DNA from: Nitrosarchaeum sp.
Lineage (GTDB): Archaea; Thermoproteota; Nitrososphaeria; Nitrososphaerales; Nitrosopumilaceae
Length of the DNA: 64,000 nt
Assembly (NCBI GenBank): GCA_965223865.1
Contig: OZ245020.1
Span: 864,001 to 928,000, forward strand
Reading direction: 5' to 3'
Under the pieces are notes generated by a model, which was not told the origin of the DNA, did not search any database, and was given only the letters and a program-made list of their open reading frames with translations. A program made the position numbers and the translations under genes. Of this stretch, positions 9,466 through 22,118 are shown piece by piece. How positions within the stretch are numbered: the first letter of the stretch is position 1; the number at the start of each line of letters is the position of its first letter.

Positions 9466-9780
9466 ATGAAAAAAGTTGAAGTGATCATTCGACCTGAACT
9501 AAAAGATAAGGCAGTTGCTGCAATCAAAAAAGTTGGGGTTGGAGGAGTTACTGTTTTTCCTGTGCAGGGTCAAGGAGCTCAAGATCCACCACTTGTAGGC
9601 CAGTATTTCTCTAAGGACATGATAATCTGTGTAGTTGATGATCCAAAATTAGATGATATTCTTAATGCAGTTGCAGATGTAGCATGTACTGGCGAAAAAG
9701 GAGATGGCAAAGTCTTTGTAATGCCCGTAGAGGATGCACTTGACATTTGTACAAAGAAACGTGGAACAACTTCCATCTAA
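9466..9780 (+). CDS. glnB: P-II family nitrogen regulator (short T-loop)
   Basis: MKKVEVIIRP, GxG, TGEKGDGKVFVMPVE. Confidence 0.9.
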   Translation: MKKVEVIIRPELKDKAVAAIKKVGVGGVTVFPVQGQGAQDPPLVGQYFSKDMIICVVDDPKLDDILNAVADVACTGEKGDGKVFVMPVEDALDICTKKRGTTSI

Positions 9781-9793
9781 TTTTCTTTTTACT

Positions 9794-10951
9794 TTATAAT
9801 CTTTGAATTCTTTTAGGTTCTAGTTTTCGTCTAGAAAGTATTGCAATAACTGTTACTCCAATTCCTATGACACAAAATATCAGATATGGTGCTTTATCTC
9901 CAAATGACTCTGTGAGTGGTCCTCCTAATGTCGGTCCTATTGCCCAACCTATGCCAAAAACAGTTTCATACGCTCCGATTATTTTTCCAGAAATATTCTT
10001 TCTAGTTTTACTAAGAATAATTTCAAGTGTAAGTGGAAAAAATATACTAAATCCAAATCCCATCAAAATTAGAGCAGCTCCAAATATTATGATCGAATTT
10101 GATACAACTGAAAGTGCTAGCCCTACTGAAACAGCAACAGTAGCTGCAATTAGTGTTTGACTGGTTTTTCTTGAAAATTTCCCTGCAAGTGCAAGCGATG
10201 CAACTCTTGAAATTCCAAAAACAAAATACAGATACAAAATATCTGTATCTGACATTCCATTATCGTTTAGAAAAGCAGGATATATTGATAAAATTATTCC
10301 AAAACAAGAGGTACAAAATATCAACAAGATTATGACTTCTGGAAATTTTTTCATCTCTTTGATTGATGATAAGGAGAATCTTTCATGATGGTTTACAATA
10401 TTTTTCTTTGATACTAGTAGAGCAGATATTATTGCAGTGGCCAAAATAAATGCCGTAATTTGGAATAATACTCTATAGGTGATGTCAAAGCCTTCAAGAA
10501 ACGCATTTCCAAATAATGGGCCTATCATAAAGCCTATTACAAAAAACATTGTAAACCAAGAAATATTTTTGACTCGATTTTGCTCTGTACTATGATTTGA
10601 AATTATTGATTCACATGGAGGCCAGAAAAATGCATGTGCCACTCCTGTCATTATTCGAAATCCCATAATTTCTGGAACTGATTGTGCAACAGAAAGTAAG
10701 TAAATTGATGCCGAGTTTATTACAGCCCCTAGTGCAAGAAGATATCCATTATTGAATCTGTCTAAAAGAATTCCTACAAACACAGGAATGAACATGTAAG
10801 GAATAAAGTTTGTAAGTCCAATCAGACCTAGCTCAGAATATGATGCTCCAATAATGTTTTTTGCAAATAATGGAAGAATTGGACCATGCAAACCATAAGA
10901 AATCCCTATAATTAATCCTGTAATATTTACTAGAATCAGAGCTCTTTTCAT
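9794..10951 (-). CDS. MFS transporter
   Basis: About 12 hydrophobic helices; GILLDRFN motif A. Confidence 0.88.
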   Translation of the reverse strand: MKRALILVNITGLIIGISYGLHGPILPLFAKNIIGASYSELGLIGLTNFIPYMFIPVFVGILLDRFNNGYLLALGAVINSASIYLLSVAQSVPEIMGFRIMTGVAHAFFWPPCESIISNHSTEQNRVKNISWFTMFFVIGFMIGPLFGNAFLEGFDITYRVLFQITAFILATAIISALLVSKKNIVNHHERFSLSSIKEMKKFPEVIILLIFCTSCFGIILSIYPAFLNDNGMSDTDILYLYFVFGISRVASLALAGKFSRKTSQTLIAATVAVSVGLALSVVSNSIIIFGAALILMGFGFSIFFPLTLEIILSKTRKNISGKIIGAYETVFGIGWAIGPTLGGPLTESFGDKAPYLIFCVIGIGVTVIAILSRRKLEPKRIQRL

Positions 10952-11637
10952 TTGTATGCGGCAATCATTATTGCCCCGCCCATAAGATCTTTCTCAAATT
11001 CTACTCTGGAAAATTTTTCTAGCAACATATCTTCTAATTTCTTGTTTTTTGGCCATCTCTTGTATGTACTATAAAGTGTTCCAAATTTTAAGCCCAGTTT
11101 TCCTCCTGCAATCAATGCCAGTATTGGAAGAATGAATCTAAGATAAAATGAAACTCCAAATCTGATAAATGCCTCATCGGGTTTTCCCAAGTCTACAATT
11201 ACAAATCTTCCATCTTTTTTTAGGACTCTATGGATTTCTGAAATTGCAATTCGTAAATTTATTGCATCTCTAAGAGAATATCCACATAAAACAGCATCAA
11301 ATTCCCCATCTCTAAAAGGAATGTGTTCAAAAACACCATTTGCCATGTCTGGGGTTTTTTTAAAAAATGTGCTGGTGTTCTTTAGCATTGGAACAAGTGG
11401 ATCATAAAGCGTGATTGATATTTTACCATTACAGATTTTTGATGCTGTCTTTGACATGTTGCCAAATCCGGAGCCTGCATCAAGGATTTTGTTTCCTGGA
11501 ATAACTCTACCTGAAATGCCTCTGTTTCTGTGTTTGACGTCTTTTCCAAGTGAAATATATGAATTTACTTTGTCATAAATTGGTATAATTTCTTGAAGAA
11601 CTTCTATTACTTCTCCCCAGTAACTTCCTAATCCCAT
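10948..11637 (-). CDS. Class I SAM-dependent methyltransferase (UbiE/MenG-like)
   Basis: ILDAGSGFG, IPFRDGEFD, EIHRVLKKDG. Confidence 0.85.
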   Translation of the reverse strand: MGLGSYWGEVIEVLQEIIPIYDKVNSYISLGKDVKHRNRGISGRVIPGNKILDAGSGFGNMSKTASKICNGKISITLYDPLVPMLKNTSTFFKKTPDMANGVFEHIPFRDGEFDAVLCGYSLRDAINLRIAISEIHRVLKKDGRFVIVDLGKPDEAFIRFGVSFYLRFILPILALIAGGKLGLKFGTLYSTYKRWPKNKKLEDMLLEKFSRVEFEKDLMGGAIMIAAYK

Positions 11638-11683
11638 AATTTATCGTCTCTACAAACTAATTTGAATAGTTTTAAAATTTCAA

Positions 11684-12409
11684 TTATTCCTTAGAAAACT
11701 TTGCTGCATTTTGAGCATAAGTTTGTAAATCTGATTCAGATACTTTTTCAAACATTTTTCTCTCTGAAGTGACTTTTGCCATCTTGATATGGTTTAGTCC
11801 TTCTTTTTGTTCTGCCTTTAGATTGATTGCTGCAATAGCCAATGATGCCGCATCATCTAAACTTATTTCTACATTGTAATTTTTTTCTAAGAATGCGTTT
11901 ACCTCATCAGAACCTGCACCAATTGCAATTGCCGCATACTGAACATAAGTTCCACTTGGATCAGTTACATAGATTGATTCTCCTTTCTGATCAACTCCTG
12001 TAATGATTAGTGCAACACCATTTGGACGAACTCCTGAATACTGGGTAAATTGATGTGATTGATCTGCTAAATGTTTTGCAACTGTTGCAACTTCAACTGA
12101 TTCATCATATGTCATCTTATTACCCTGAGAAAATAACCTTGCATTGTCTACCTGCACACGTGCATCTGGAATGTATCCTGCAGCAGCTACACCAATGTGA
12201 AAATCTACTTGAAAAATTTTCTGTGTAATATTTGAAGTCTGTAAAGCTCTCGGCTTTTCTTCAACAGCCATAATGACTCCTTGATTGGTTTTGATTCCAA
12301 TTGCCAAAGTTCCTCTTTTTACTGTCTCTAAGGCGTATTCCACTTGGTAGATTCTGCCATCTGGTGAATACATTGTTGGGGTCATATCATAACCACGTGA
12401 TGCCATCAT
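11684..12409 (-). CDS. psmA: Proteasome subunit alpha
   Basis: GYDMTPTMYSPDGRIYQVEYA signature. Confidence 0.96.
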   Translation of the reverse strand: MMASRGYDMTPTMYSPDGRIYQVEYALETVKRGTLAIGIKTNQGVIMAVEEKPRALQTSNITQKIFQVDFHIGVAAAGYIPDARVQVDNARLFSQGNKMTYDESVEVATVAKHLADQSHQFTQYSGVRPNGVALIITGVDQKGESIYVTDPSGTYVQYAAIAIGAGSDEVNAFLEKNYNVEISLDDAASLAIAAINLKAEQKEGLNHIKMAKVTSERKMFEKVSESDLQTYAQNAAKFSKE

Positions 12410-12531
12410 GTCATCACGAGTTCATCCTCAGTCAATTTAAGGGTAATTATCTTTGCAAAATTTGTAATAGATTAGGAAAAGATCTGGGAATATTGTTTTA
12501 AGCAATCATGACAAATTATGAGTAGATATAC

Positions 12532-12918
12532 ATGACTAGTGCTCAACTATTGGAATTCAAACAACTCCTCAATTCTAGATCTGAATATGAGCCTAGAAAA
12601 ATCGATAAACAGACTCGAAAATTGCTTCTTTACTTGTTTACAAGTACAAGAGGAGGTTTTACAAGACTCCGAATCATCATTCTCTTATTACAAAAACCTC
12701 TCAATACTCATCAACTAGCCCAAGAACTACAATTAGATTACAAAGCCATTCAGCATCACATGCAGGTATTAGAGAAAAACAATTTGGTAACAAAAATTGG
12801 AGAAAAATATGGTGCGATTTTTCATCTGTCTAATTTTTTGGAAATTAATATTAGTGCATTAGATGAGGCAATTGATAAACTAGATAGAAAACTAAATCAC
12901 AAAAAAGTATACTTGTAA
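12532..12918 (+). CDS. ArsR-like winged-helix transcriptional regulator
   Basis: TRGGFTRLRII...NTHQLAQELQLDYKAIQHHMQVLEKNNLV. Confidence 0.85.
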   Translation: MTSAQLLEFKQLLNSRSEYEPRKIDKQTRKLLLYLFTSTRGGFTRLRIIILLLQKPLNTHQLAQELQLDYKAIQHHMQVLEKNNLVTKIGEKYGAIFHLSNFLEINISALDEAIDKLDRKLNHKKVYL

Positions 12919-12989
12919 TTTAATATTTCAAAAGCGATCTAGTTTTTTGAATCAAACTTAATATAATATTAATAGAATGAAAAATTGTC

Positions 12990-14264
12990 TTGGTTAAAAA
13001 CGATCCTTTTGAAAATGCAACAAAGCAAGTCAATGACGCATGCGATATCTTAGGAATTAAAGACAAAGGATTACGTGAATACCTTGCTACGCCAAATAGA
13101 GTTTTGAGAGTTAAAATTCCAGTAAAAATGGATAATGGAAAAATTAGAATATTTACAGGTTTTAGAAGTCAGCACAACAATGATCGAGGTCCATACAAAG
13201 GGGGTATTCGTTACTTTAATCCAGAAGGTGGTGTTGAGTACATGGAACGGGAAGTCATGGCACTTTCATCTTGGATGACTTGGAAATGTGCAATTGTTGA
13301 TATTCCATTAGGTGGAGGAAAAGGTGGAATCTATGTTAATCCAAAAACTGAAAAACTTAGCGATGATGAACTTGAGAGACTAACTAGAGGGTTTGCCTAT
13401 AAGATTGCTGAAGTTATAGGACCTGAAAAAGATGTTCCGGCACCAGACGTTTACACAACTGGAAGAGAGATGACACAGATAATGGATACTTTTAGCAAAC
13501 TAAATGAAAACAAATTTTCTCCAGGCGTAATTACTGGAAAGCCAATATCTATGGGTGGTTCTCTTGCAAGAAATGTTGCAACAGGTTTAGGTGCAGCATA
13601 TTGTGTAAGGGAAGCTGCAAAAACCCTAAAGATAAATCTTAAAGGCGCCAAAGTTGTTTTGCAGGGATTTGGTAATGCATCAACATTTGCAGGAGAATAT
13701 CTCGAAAAAATGGGAGCCAAAGTAATAGCAGCTAGTGATTCAAAAGGTTCTATTTTAGTAGAAAAAGGTGTTAAAGTCAGTAAATTAATTGAACATAAAG
13801 AAAAGACAGGCTCTGTAGTTGGATTCCCAGGAAGTAAGAAAATTTCAACTGAAGAACTTCTTACTACAAAATGTGATGTTCTTGTCCCAGGCGCATTAGA
13901 GAATCAAATTAATGCAAAGATAGCAAAGAATCTCAAATGTAAAATTATTGCAGAAGCTGCCAATGGTCCAACATTACCTGAAGCAGATCCAATCATTTAT
14001 GATAAGAAAATTTTGGTAATCCCAGATATTTTAGCAAACTCTGGTGGTGTATGTATCTCATACCTGGAATGGGTACAAAATAACATGGGTTACTATTGGA
14101 GCTTTGATGAAGTTGCAAACAAGATGGAGGCAAACATTACAAAGGGATTCAAAGATGCTTATGCTTTGTCAAAGAAACACAAGATTGACATGAGAAAGGC
14201 AACAATGGCTTTGGCAGTTCAACGTGTTGTTGAGGCATTCACCCAAAAAGGAATCTGGCCATAA
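12990..14264 (+). CDS. gdhA: Glutamate dehydrogenase
   Basis: GPYKGGIRY, MTWKC, GGGKGG, DVPAPDV, QGFGN. Confidence 0.95.
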   Translation: MVKNDPFENATKQVNDACDILGIKDKGLREYLATPNRVLRVKIPVKMDNGKIRIFTGFRSQHNNDRGPYKGGIRYFNPEGGVEYMEREVMALSSWMTWKCAIVDIPLGGGKGGIYVNPKTEKLSDDELERLTRGFAYKIAEVIGPEKDVPAPDVYTTGREMTQIMDTFSKLNENKFSPGVITGKPISMGGSLARNVATGLGAAYCVREAAKTLKINLKGAKVVLQGFGNASTFAGEYLEKMGAKVIAASDSKGSILVEKGVKVSKLIEHKEKTGSVVGFPGSKKISTEELLTTKCDVLVPGALENQINAKIAKNLKCKIIAEAANGPTLPEADPIIYDKKILVIPDILANSGGVCISYLEWVQNNMGYYWSFDEVANKMEANITKGFKDAYALSKKHKIDMRKATMALAVQRVVEAFTQKGIWP

Positions 14265-14265
14265 A

Positions 14266-14643
14266 CTAAACTAAATAAGATTCATAACAAATCAATTGTT
14301 CAATAAACATTATTTTTCCCTTAGTGATGACTCTGAGCCTTTTTTTAAAGGAAAGATCAATTCTAGTTCTTCTTTGTAATAATCTAATTGTTTTTCCAGT
14401 TAGTGTTCTTCCTTTTCTATCTCTATCAAAAAGAATTATCAATCTATCATACTTTGCAACAGAATCTGCAAAATTTACCATTCCTCCAAACCTGTGAAAT
14501 TCTAAAACTTTTCCAGAAAATCCTACCTTTCTGAGAGCTGCTGTGTCTCTTTTTCCTTCAACAATAACTACACTTTTTTTCATAGAGTTTAGATGAGAAA
14601 TAAAATTCTTTATCTCGTCAACCTCTTGCTCTGTTACAAGCAC
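14266..14643 (-). CDS. Small TOPRIM-domain protein
   Basis: VIVEGKRD...LFDRDRKG. Confidence 0.85.
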   Translation of the reverse strand: MLVTEQEVDEIKNFISHLNSMKKSVVIVEGKRDTAALRKVGFSGKVLEFHRFGGMVNFADSVAKYDRLIILFDRDRKGRTLTGKTIRLLQRRTRIDLSFKKRLRVITKGKIMFIEQLICYESYLV

Positions 14644-14693
14644 ACTTTAGAATTGGCTTTAACATATTAAGCACTTTTGGTAAAAAATCAAAT

Positions 14694-15377
14694 GTGAGTG
14701 ATGTCTTACTAATACAGAATACTCGAATTGAAGGTTCTGGATATTTGGGCGAATTATTAAAACAAGATGGTTTTGAACTTTATTCTGTTCATGCAAAAAC
14801 AGAAAAACTCCCTGAAAAAGATTTCTCACTAGTAGTTATTTTAGGTGCACCAGAAAGTGCAAATGATGATTTAACATATCTATGGGAAGAACAAAAACTT
14901 ATCAAAAAAAATGTAGAAAAAAATACTCCCGTGCTTGGGATTTGTTTGGGTTCTCAATTAATTGCAAAAACATTTGGAGCCAAAGTATATTCTGGTCCTA
15001 AAAAAGAAATTGGCTTTTATGATGATTTAATTCCAGATGGAAACTCAAAATTGTTTTCAGGGTTTGAGAATCCTTTTACTGTTTTTCATTGGCATGGTGA
15101 TACTTTTGATTTACCGACAAAAGCAGTTCGCCTTGTTTCTTCACAGAATTATTCAAACCAAGCATTTCAAATAGGTTCAGCAGTTGGACTTCAGTTTCAT
15201 TTAGAAGTAAATACGGAAATGGTGAATCTTTGGTTAGATAAAACTAAAGAAAAGTTAGAAAAACTTCAGTACATTAAACCTGATAAAATTCGAGCAGATA
15301 TTGATAAAAATATTCCAATTGTCAAAAACAATATGAAGAATTTTTACAATAATTTTAAAACATCTTTCGATCTTTGA
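14694..15377 (+). CDS. Class I glutamine amidotransferase-like protein
   Basis: LGICLGSQL nucleophile elbow; QFHLE. Confidence 0.9.
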   Translation: MSDVLLIQNTRIEGSGYLGELLKQDGFELYSVHAKTEKLPEKDFSLVVILGAPESANDDLTYLWEEQKLIKKNVEKNTPVLGICLGSQLIAKTFGAKVYSGPKKEIGFYDDLIPDGNSKLFSGFENPFTVFHWHGDTFDLPTKAVRLVSSQNYSNQAFQIGSAVGLQFHLEVNTEMVNLWLDKTKEKLEKLQYIKPDKIRADIDKNIPIVKNNMKNFYNNFKTSFDL

Positions 15378-15415
15378 CCAAAGTTTAATATACTGAGTTT
15401 TGATTTTATCGATAG

Positions 15416-18334
<2,919 letters not shown>

Positions 18335-18653
18335 GCTATCCCAAATTTCCTTTATTTTCTATTTTTGTTGGTTTATTTTAAATTCCCCTGATGGATTAAT
18401 TTTCATTTGAATTTTTTCATATTGTTTCTGAGATCTCAATATTTTCCTCATCAATAATCTGAATCTTGTGTCTTGAAACCAGAATGCAATACTAATGTGA
18501 ATTAACTATGAATCAATCAGAACAAGGAACTTTTGCAATTCTCTGAAAAAATAATTTTTTCTATACTAATGTTTGAAAAATGTATTAAATTTTAAATAAT
18601 TTTTAATCAAATTAATGGTTTCTCTTAAATAATTTTTTTCATTATTTTAGGTA

Positions 18654-18893
18654 TTGACTACTGCTTTTGTTTTAATAAATAGTGAACTAGGAAAGGAAGA
18701 TGATATTATTGAAAATCTAAAACATATAGATTCAGTCAAAGAGGTGCATGGCACGTTTGGGGCATATGATGTTGTTGCAAAGGTTGAGCACAATGAAAAA
18801 GACAAGATACGAGAAGTCATAACTTGGGGAATAAGGAAAATAGATTATGTCCGATCCACCCTAACACTTATGGGAATCGATGGACAAAACTAG
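18654..18893 (+). CDS. Stand-alone Lrp/AsnC ligand-binding domain protein
   Basis: AFVLINSELG...VHGTFGAYDVVAKVE...IRKIDYVRSTLTL. Confidence 0.88.
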   Translation: MTTAFVLINSELGKEDDIIENLKHIDSVKEVHGTFGAYDVVAKVEHNEKDKIREVITWGIRKIDYVRSTLTLMGIDGQN

Positions 18894-18898
18894 AAAGT

Positions 18899-19435
18899 AT
18901 GCCAGAATATTATGTATTATTGGTAAATGATACTGGAACTGATGACTCTGTAATATCTAGTTTAAAAAATATTGAAACAGTCAATGCCGCATATGGTGCT
19001 TTTGGACCATATGACGTCATTGTTAAACTTGAGTGCCCTGATGAAATTAAGATAGAGCAAGATATTTCACGTAAAATTAGGAAACTTCCTCAAATTCGCT
19101 CGACATTAACTCTGGAAATTCATGAAAATGGCGGTTTTAGGAAAATAAGTAAGGTTGAAAATGAAGTTTTAGAAAAACATATGGTACAAGCTTATGTTAT
19201 GATTCATTGTAATCATTCTCATGAGTCTCAAGTCATAGAAAATTTAAAGAAAATTCCAGAAGTTATTGAGACTAATATTTTAGTAGGTTCCTATGAGTTA
19301 GTCTGCAAAATTATTGCACCTACTTATAACGAGATCTCCGAAGTTATTGGAAAAAAAATTAGAAAAATGGAAAATATCAAATCTACTATTACATTAAACC
19401 TAGTTGGAAACCAAGGATTTCAAAAATATTCATAA
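18899..19435 (+). CDS. Tandem (double) Lrp/AsnC ligand-binding domain protein, no HTH
   Basis: Two RAM repeats (FGPYDVIVK...IRSTLTL; VGSYELVCK...IKSTITL); ATG at 18899. Confidence 0.85.
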   Translation: MPEYYVLLVNDTGTDDSVISSLKNIETVNAAYGAFGPYDVIVKLECPDEIKIEQDISRKIRKLPQIRSTLTLEIHENGGFRKISKVENEVLEKHMVQAYVMIHCNHSHESQVIENLKKIPEVIETNILVGSYELVCKIIAPTYNEISEVIGKKIRKMENIKSTITLNLVGNQGFQKYS

Positions 19436-19461
19436 CGGCATCAGAGTAGAACAATATACAA

Positions 19462-19617
19462 CTATGACATTAAATAATTCATTTTGTCTTTTGTATGAAT
19501 GGTGGGTTCTGCACACTGACCACATTTTGGTCTAATTATCTCGGCATCATAATCAACTTCACCAATAATATTTTTACAACCTGAACAACGGATTGTTTTG
19601 GTATCGTAAATATTCAT
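19462..19617 (-). CDS. 51-aa Zn-ribbon microprotein (MNIYDTKTIRCSGCKNIIGEVDYDAEIIRPKCGQC...)
   Basis: Hand-translated; two CxxC; GGAGG RBS inside the end of the upstream gene. Confidence 0.7.
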   Translation of the reverse strand: MNIYDTKTIRCSGCKNIIGEVDYDAEIIRPKCGQCAEPTIHTKDKMNYLMS

Positions 19618-19622
19618 ATGAT

Positions 19623-19790
19623 TTATCCTCCTGTTGCCGCATCAAACAATGCACATTCACATTCATCTCTCTCTCCACAGTATGGACAAGTACAATGGCA
19701 ATGTGGAAGTGAATTATGACATATGCTACAATTAATGTAGTTTCCTTCATTATTTTCTAATAATGGGATAGAATAGTCAATTTCTTTCAT
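19623..19790 (-). CDS. 55-aa Cys/His-rich microprotein (…CSICHNSLPHCHCTCPYCGERDECECALFDAATGG)
   Basis: Hand-translated; 8 Cys and 3 His; TATA-like ttataata upstream. Confidence 0.7.
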   Translation of the reverse strand: MKEIDYSIPLLENNEGNYINCSICHNSLPHCHCTCPYCGERDECECALFDAATGG

Positions 19791-19940
19791 GTTTCATATG
19801 CTTGCAGGTGGTATTATAATTTGAATTACAATAATCTAAAAAAATGTTCAATTTCTTTATTATTACTAAATGATTTTTCAGTTAATGCATAAATCACAAA
19901 AAAAACAATTATTGAAAATATTGACAGAAAAATTATTTTT

Positions 19941-20384
19941 CTAAATTAATCTAAAATCCTCTTTTATTGTATTGAGCACCATATGAGTTACGGTATTTTC
20001 AACATTTGGAACTGCGGATAATTTCTTAACAAATTCACTTAATTCTTGTCGGCTTTTAAATTTTCCAATCAATAAAACATCTGCAGGTCCAGTAATATCA
20101 TAGACTGCACAAATATCATTATTTTCAGCAATTTTTTGTTCGACTTCTAACATTTTTCCTTTTCCTGTTGTGACTTCAATTATTGCAGTTAAATCATATC
20201 CTAGTAACTGATCATTCAAACGGGCAGAATAACCTGTAATAATTTTTTTTTGTTCTAATTTTTTAATTCTCGTGATAACTGTTACAGTTGATAATCCTAG
20301 TTTGTGTGCTAATTGTCTAGATGATAATCTTGCATCAACTAACAAATTTTTTAAAATTTTAATGTCAGTTTCATCTAAATTCAT
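19941..20384 (-). CDS. Lrp/AsnC family transcriptional regulator
   Basis: LDETDIKILKNLLVDARLS HTH plus VYDITGPAD RAM domain. Confidence 0.93.
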   Translation of the reverse strand: MNLDETDIKILKNLLVDARLSSRQLAHKLGLSTVTVITRIKKLEQKKIITGYSARLNDQLLGYDLTAIIEVTTGKGKMLEVEQKIAENNDICAVYDITGPADVLLIGKFKSRQELSEFVKKLSAVPNVENTVTHMVLNTIKEDFRLI

Positions 20385-20570
20385 ACTATCAATTATCTAA
20401 ACAAATATTTAAGAATTATAATATTATCTTATTATATTTTCATCAACTGAAAATTCCTCTTAATATTTATCAAATATAACTAATCTTTAATTTTAAAACA
20501 CCATATTTTTTGAAAATTAATTCTGATTTTTTTGGATAATCTTAAGTAATATTCTCGTATACGGTTTTGT

Positions 20571-20972
20571 ATGGTAAGTGAAATTTATGAAAAAGTTCTA
20601 CAAAGAATTATGGATTCAGACGTAAACATTAGGCATGGTATTATAACTGATTTGGATGGAAACATTGAAATCGTTAAACATCGAGAAGGAATAACAAATT
20701 ATTTATCTCCTGAAGAAACTGAACTTTCTCTTAAAAGAGCAGCAAGTGCATGGAAAGCAAGAAAACAATTGAGCCCAAAGATTGGTAGAGGACTTTATGC
20801 CTCAGCAGCATTTGAAAAAATTACAAGAATAACTTTTCCAATGGGAGAAAACCATCTAATCTTCGTAAGCCTTGGTTCAGATACCATGAGAACTGATCTA
20901 CATCAAGGTGGTTCAAAACAAATTATCGAACATGTTCTGAATATTCTAAGTGGTGACTATACAAAAGAGTAA
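20571..20972 (+). CDS. Thaumarchaeal hypothetical protein (roadblock/profilin-like sensor fold, tentative)
   Basis: IRHGIITDLDG...REGITNYLS...IGRGLY...FEKITRITFP pattern. Confidence 0.6.
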   Translation: MVSEIYEKVLQRIMDSDVNIRHGIITDLDGNIEIVKHREGITNYLSPEETELSLKRAASAWKARKQLSPKIGRGLYASAAFEKITRITFPMGENHLIFVSLGSDTMRTDLHQGGSKQIIEHVLNILSGDYTKE

Positions 20973-21315
20973 TCCTCCTTTTACCGTTTACTGCCATCTA
21001 CATTTTTCTGAAAAAAAATTACAAATAACCTTAGTTGTTATTATTGATTTTTTGTGTTTACTCCGATGAATTGAATATGTTTAGAGATTCAATTCTAATT
21101 TTCTTGACATTAAATTTTGTCAATTAAACGGAGGTCAAAATTATTATAAATAGAATGCATCCCTAAATTTTAATGATGTATTTTTTAAATGGGATTTGTT
21201 TTGATTAAAATCATAAGATACTTCTAAAAATGTATTTATTTCTTTTAAAGATTTTTAAAAATTTATTTAGTTATTATCCCTATATTCTTAGATATTAGAA
21301 AATTAACAAACTCTT

Positions 21316-21486
21316 ATGACTTTACTGAAAACAACACGATTGACAAAACAAGATGACAAATATGAGATTGAAATCCCACCAGAATGTATAGAAAAACTAG
21401 GCTGGCAAAATGGTCTTGTTTTAGAAATAGATGTCCAAGATTCTAAAGCAATAATAAAAAAACTACAAGGCTTCGTTGGTGTATAA
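21316..21486 (+). CDS. AbrB/MazE/SpoVT family DNA-binding protein (56 aa)
   Basis: Hand-translated: YEIEIPPECIEKLGWQNGLVLEIDVQDSKAIIKK. Confidence 0.8.
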   Translation: MTLLKTTRLTKQDDKYEIEIPPECIEKLGWQNGLVLEIDVQDSKAIIKKLQGFVGV

Positions 21487-21509
21487 AGTACATTTTTAGA
21501 CTTGGAATT

Positions 21510-21521
21510 TAGCTTAAGCTA
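21510..21521. promoter_or_regulatory. Perfect palindrome TAGCTTAAGCTA, candidate regulator site (copy 1)
   Basis: Intergenic, upstream of the Fe-S carrier gene; identical copy at 35353-35364. Confidence 0.35.
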
Positions 21522-21608
21522 CTATTTTTTAAAACTCCTTAAACCACTAATTCTTGATTTCCTATTAGGTTCAGTGTGAAAAGCTTATTATAATTTGAAG
21601 CAGCATTT

Positions 21609-21968
21609 TTGACTATTATGGCATCTGAACAAACACAGAAGATGATTACTGTTACTCCAAAAGCAGCAGAAAAGATCAAAGAATTCATGAAAGAAGAAAC
21701 CGAGAAACCTGAATATTTACGAGTATATGTTCAAGGTGGAGGTTGTTCTGGTCTGTCATACGGCATGGGCTTTGAAAAAGCACCAGAAGAAGATGACTTG
21801 GTTATGGAGGAGAATGGAGTAAAACTTCTAGTAGACAGCTACAGTGTAGATCATCTAAAAGGTGCAAACGTGGACTATATTGAAAGCCTAATGGGATCTG
21901 GATTTAAAATCAATAATCCAAATGTTGTAAAATCCTGTTCATGTGGTCATTCATTTAGCACTGAATAA
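21609..21968 (+). CDS. erpA: HesB/IscA/ErpA A-type Fe-S carrier
   Basis: GGGCSGLSY, NPN, SCSCGHSF. Confidence 0.92.
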   Translation: MTIMASEQTQKMITVTPKAAEKIKEFMKEETEKPEYLRVYVQGGGCSGLSYGMGFEKAPEEDDLVMEENGVKLLVDSYSVDHLKGANVDYIESLMGSGFKINNPNVVKSCSCGHSFSTE

Positions 21969-22118
21969 ACTACATCGCTATTTTTCATTTTTAGACTGGT
22001 TTAGTGAAAACTAGTTGATTTTTTGTAAATTTCATTATTTTTTGCTTGTTTCATTGCGATACCCTCATATATCGAAACTAGAAATTGAAATTATGATAAT
22101 TAAGGAGATGAATAATTT

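Noticed and set aside
19623-19640. C-terminal Gly-Gly on three small proteins (365-619 KGG, 19623-19790 TGG, 60269-60757 TGG), suggesting ubiquitin/SAMP-like modifiers
   Set aside because: None has a beta-grasp fold, and the GGA GGA / GGT GGA codons lie just before a downstream start, where they can double as Shine-Dalgarno sequences
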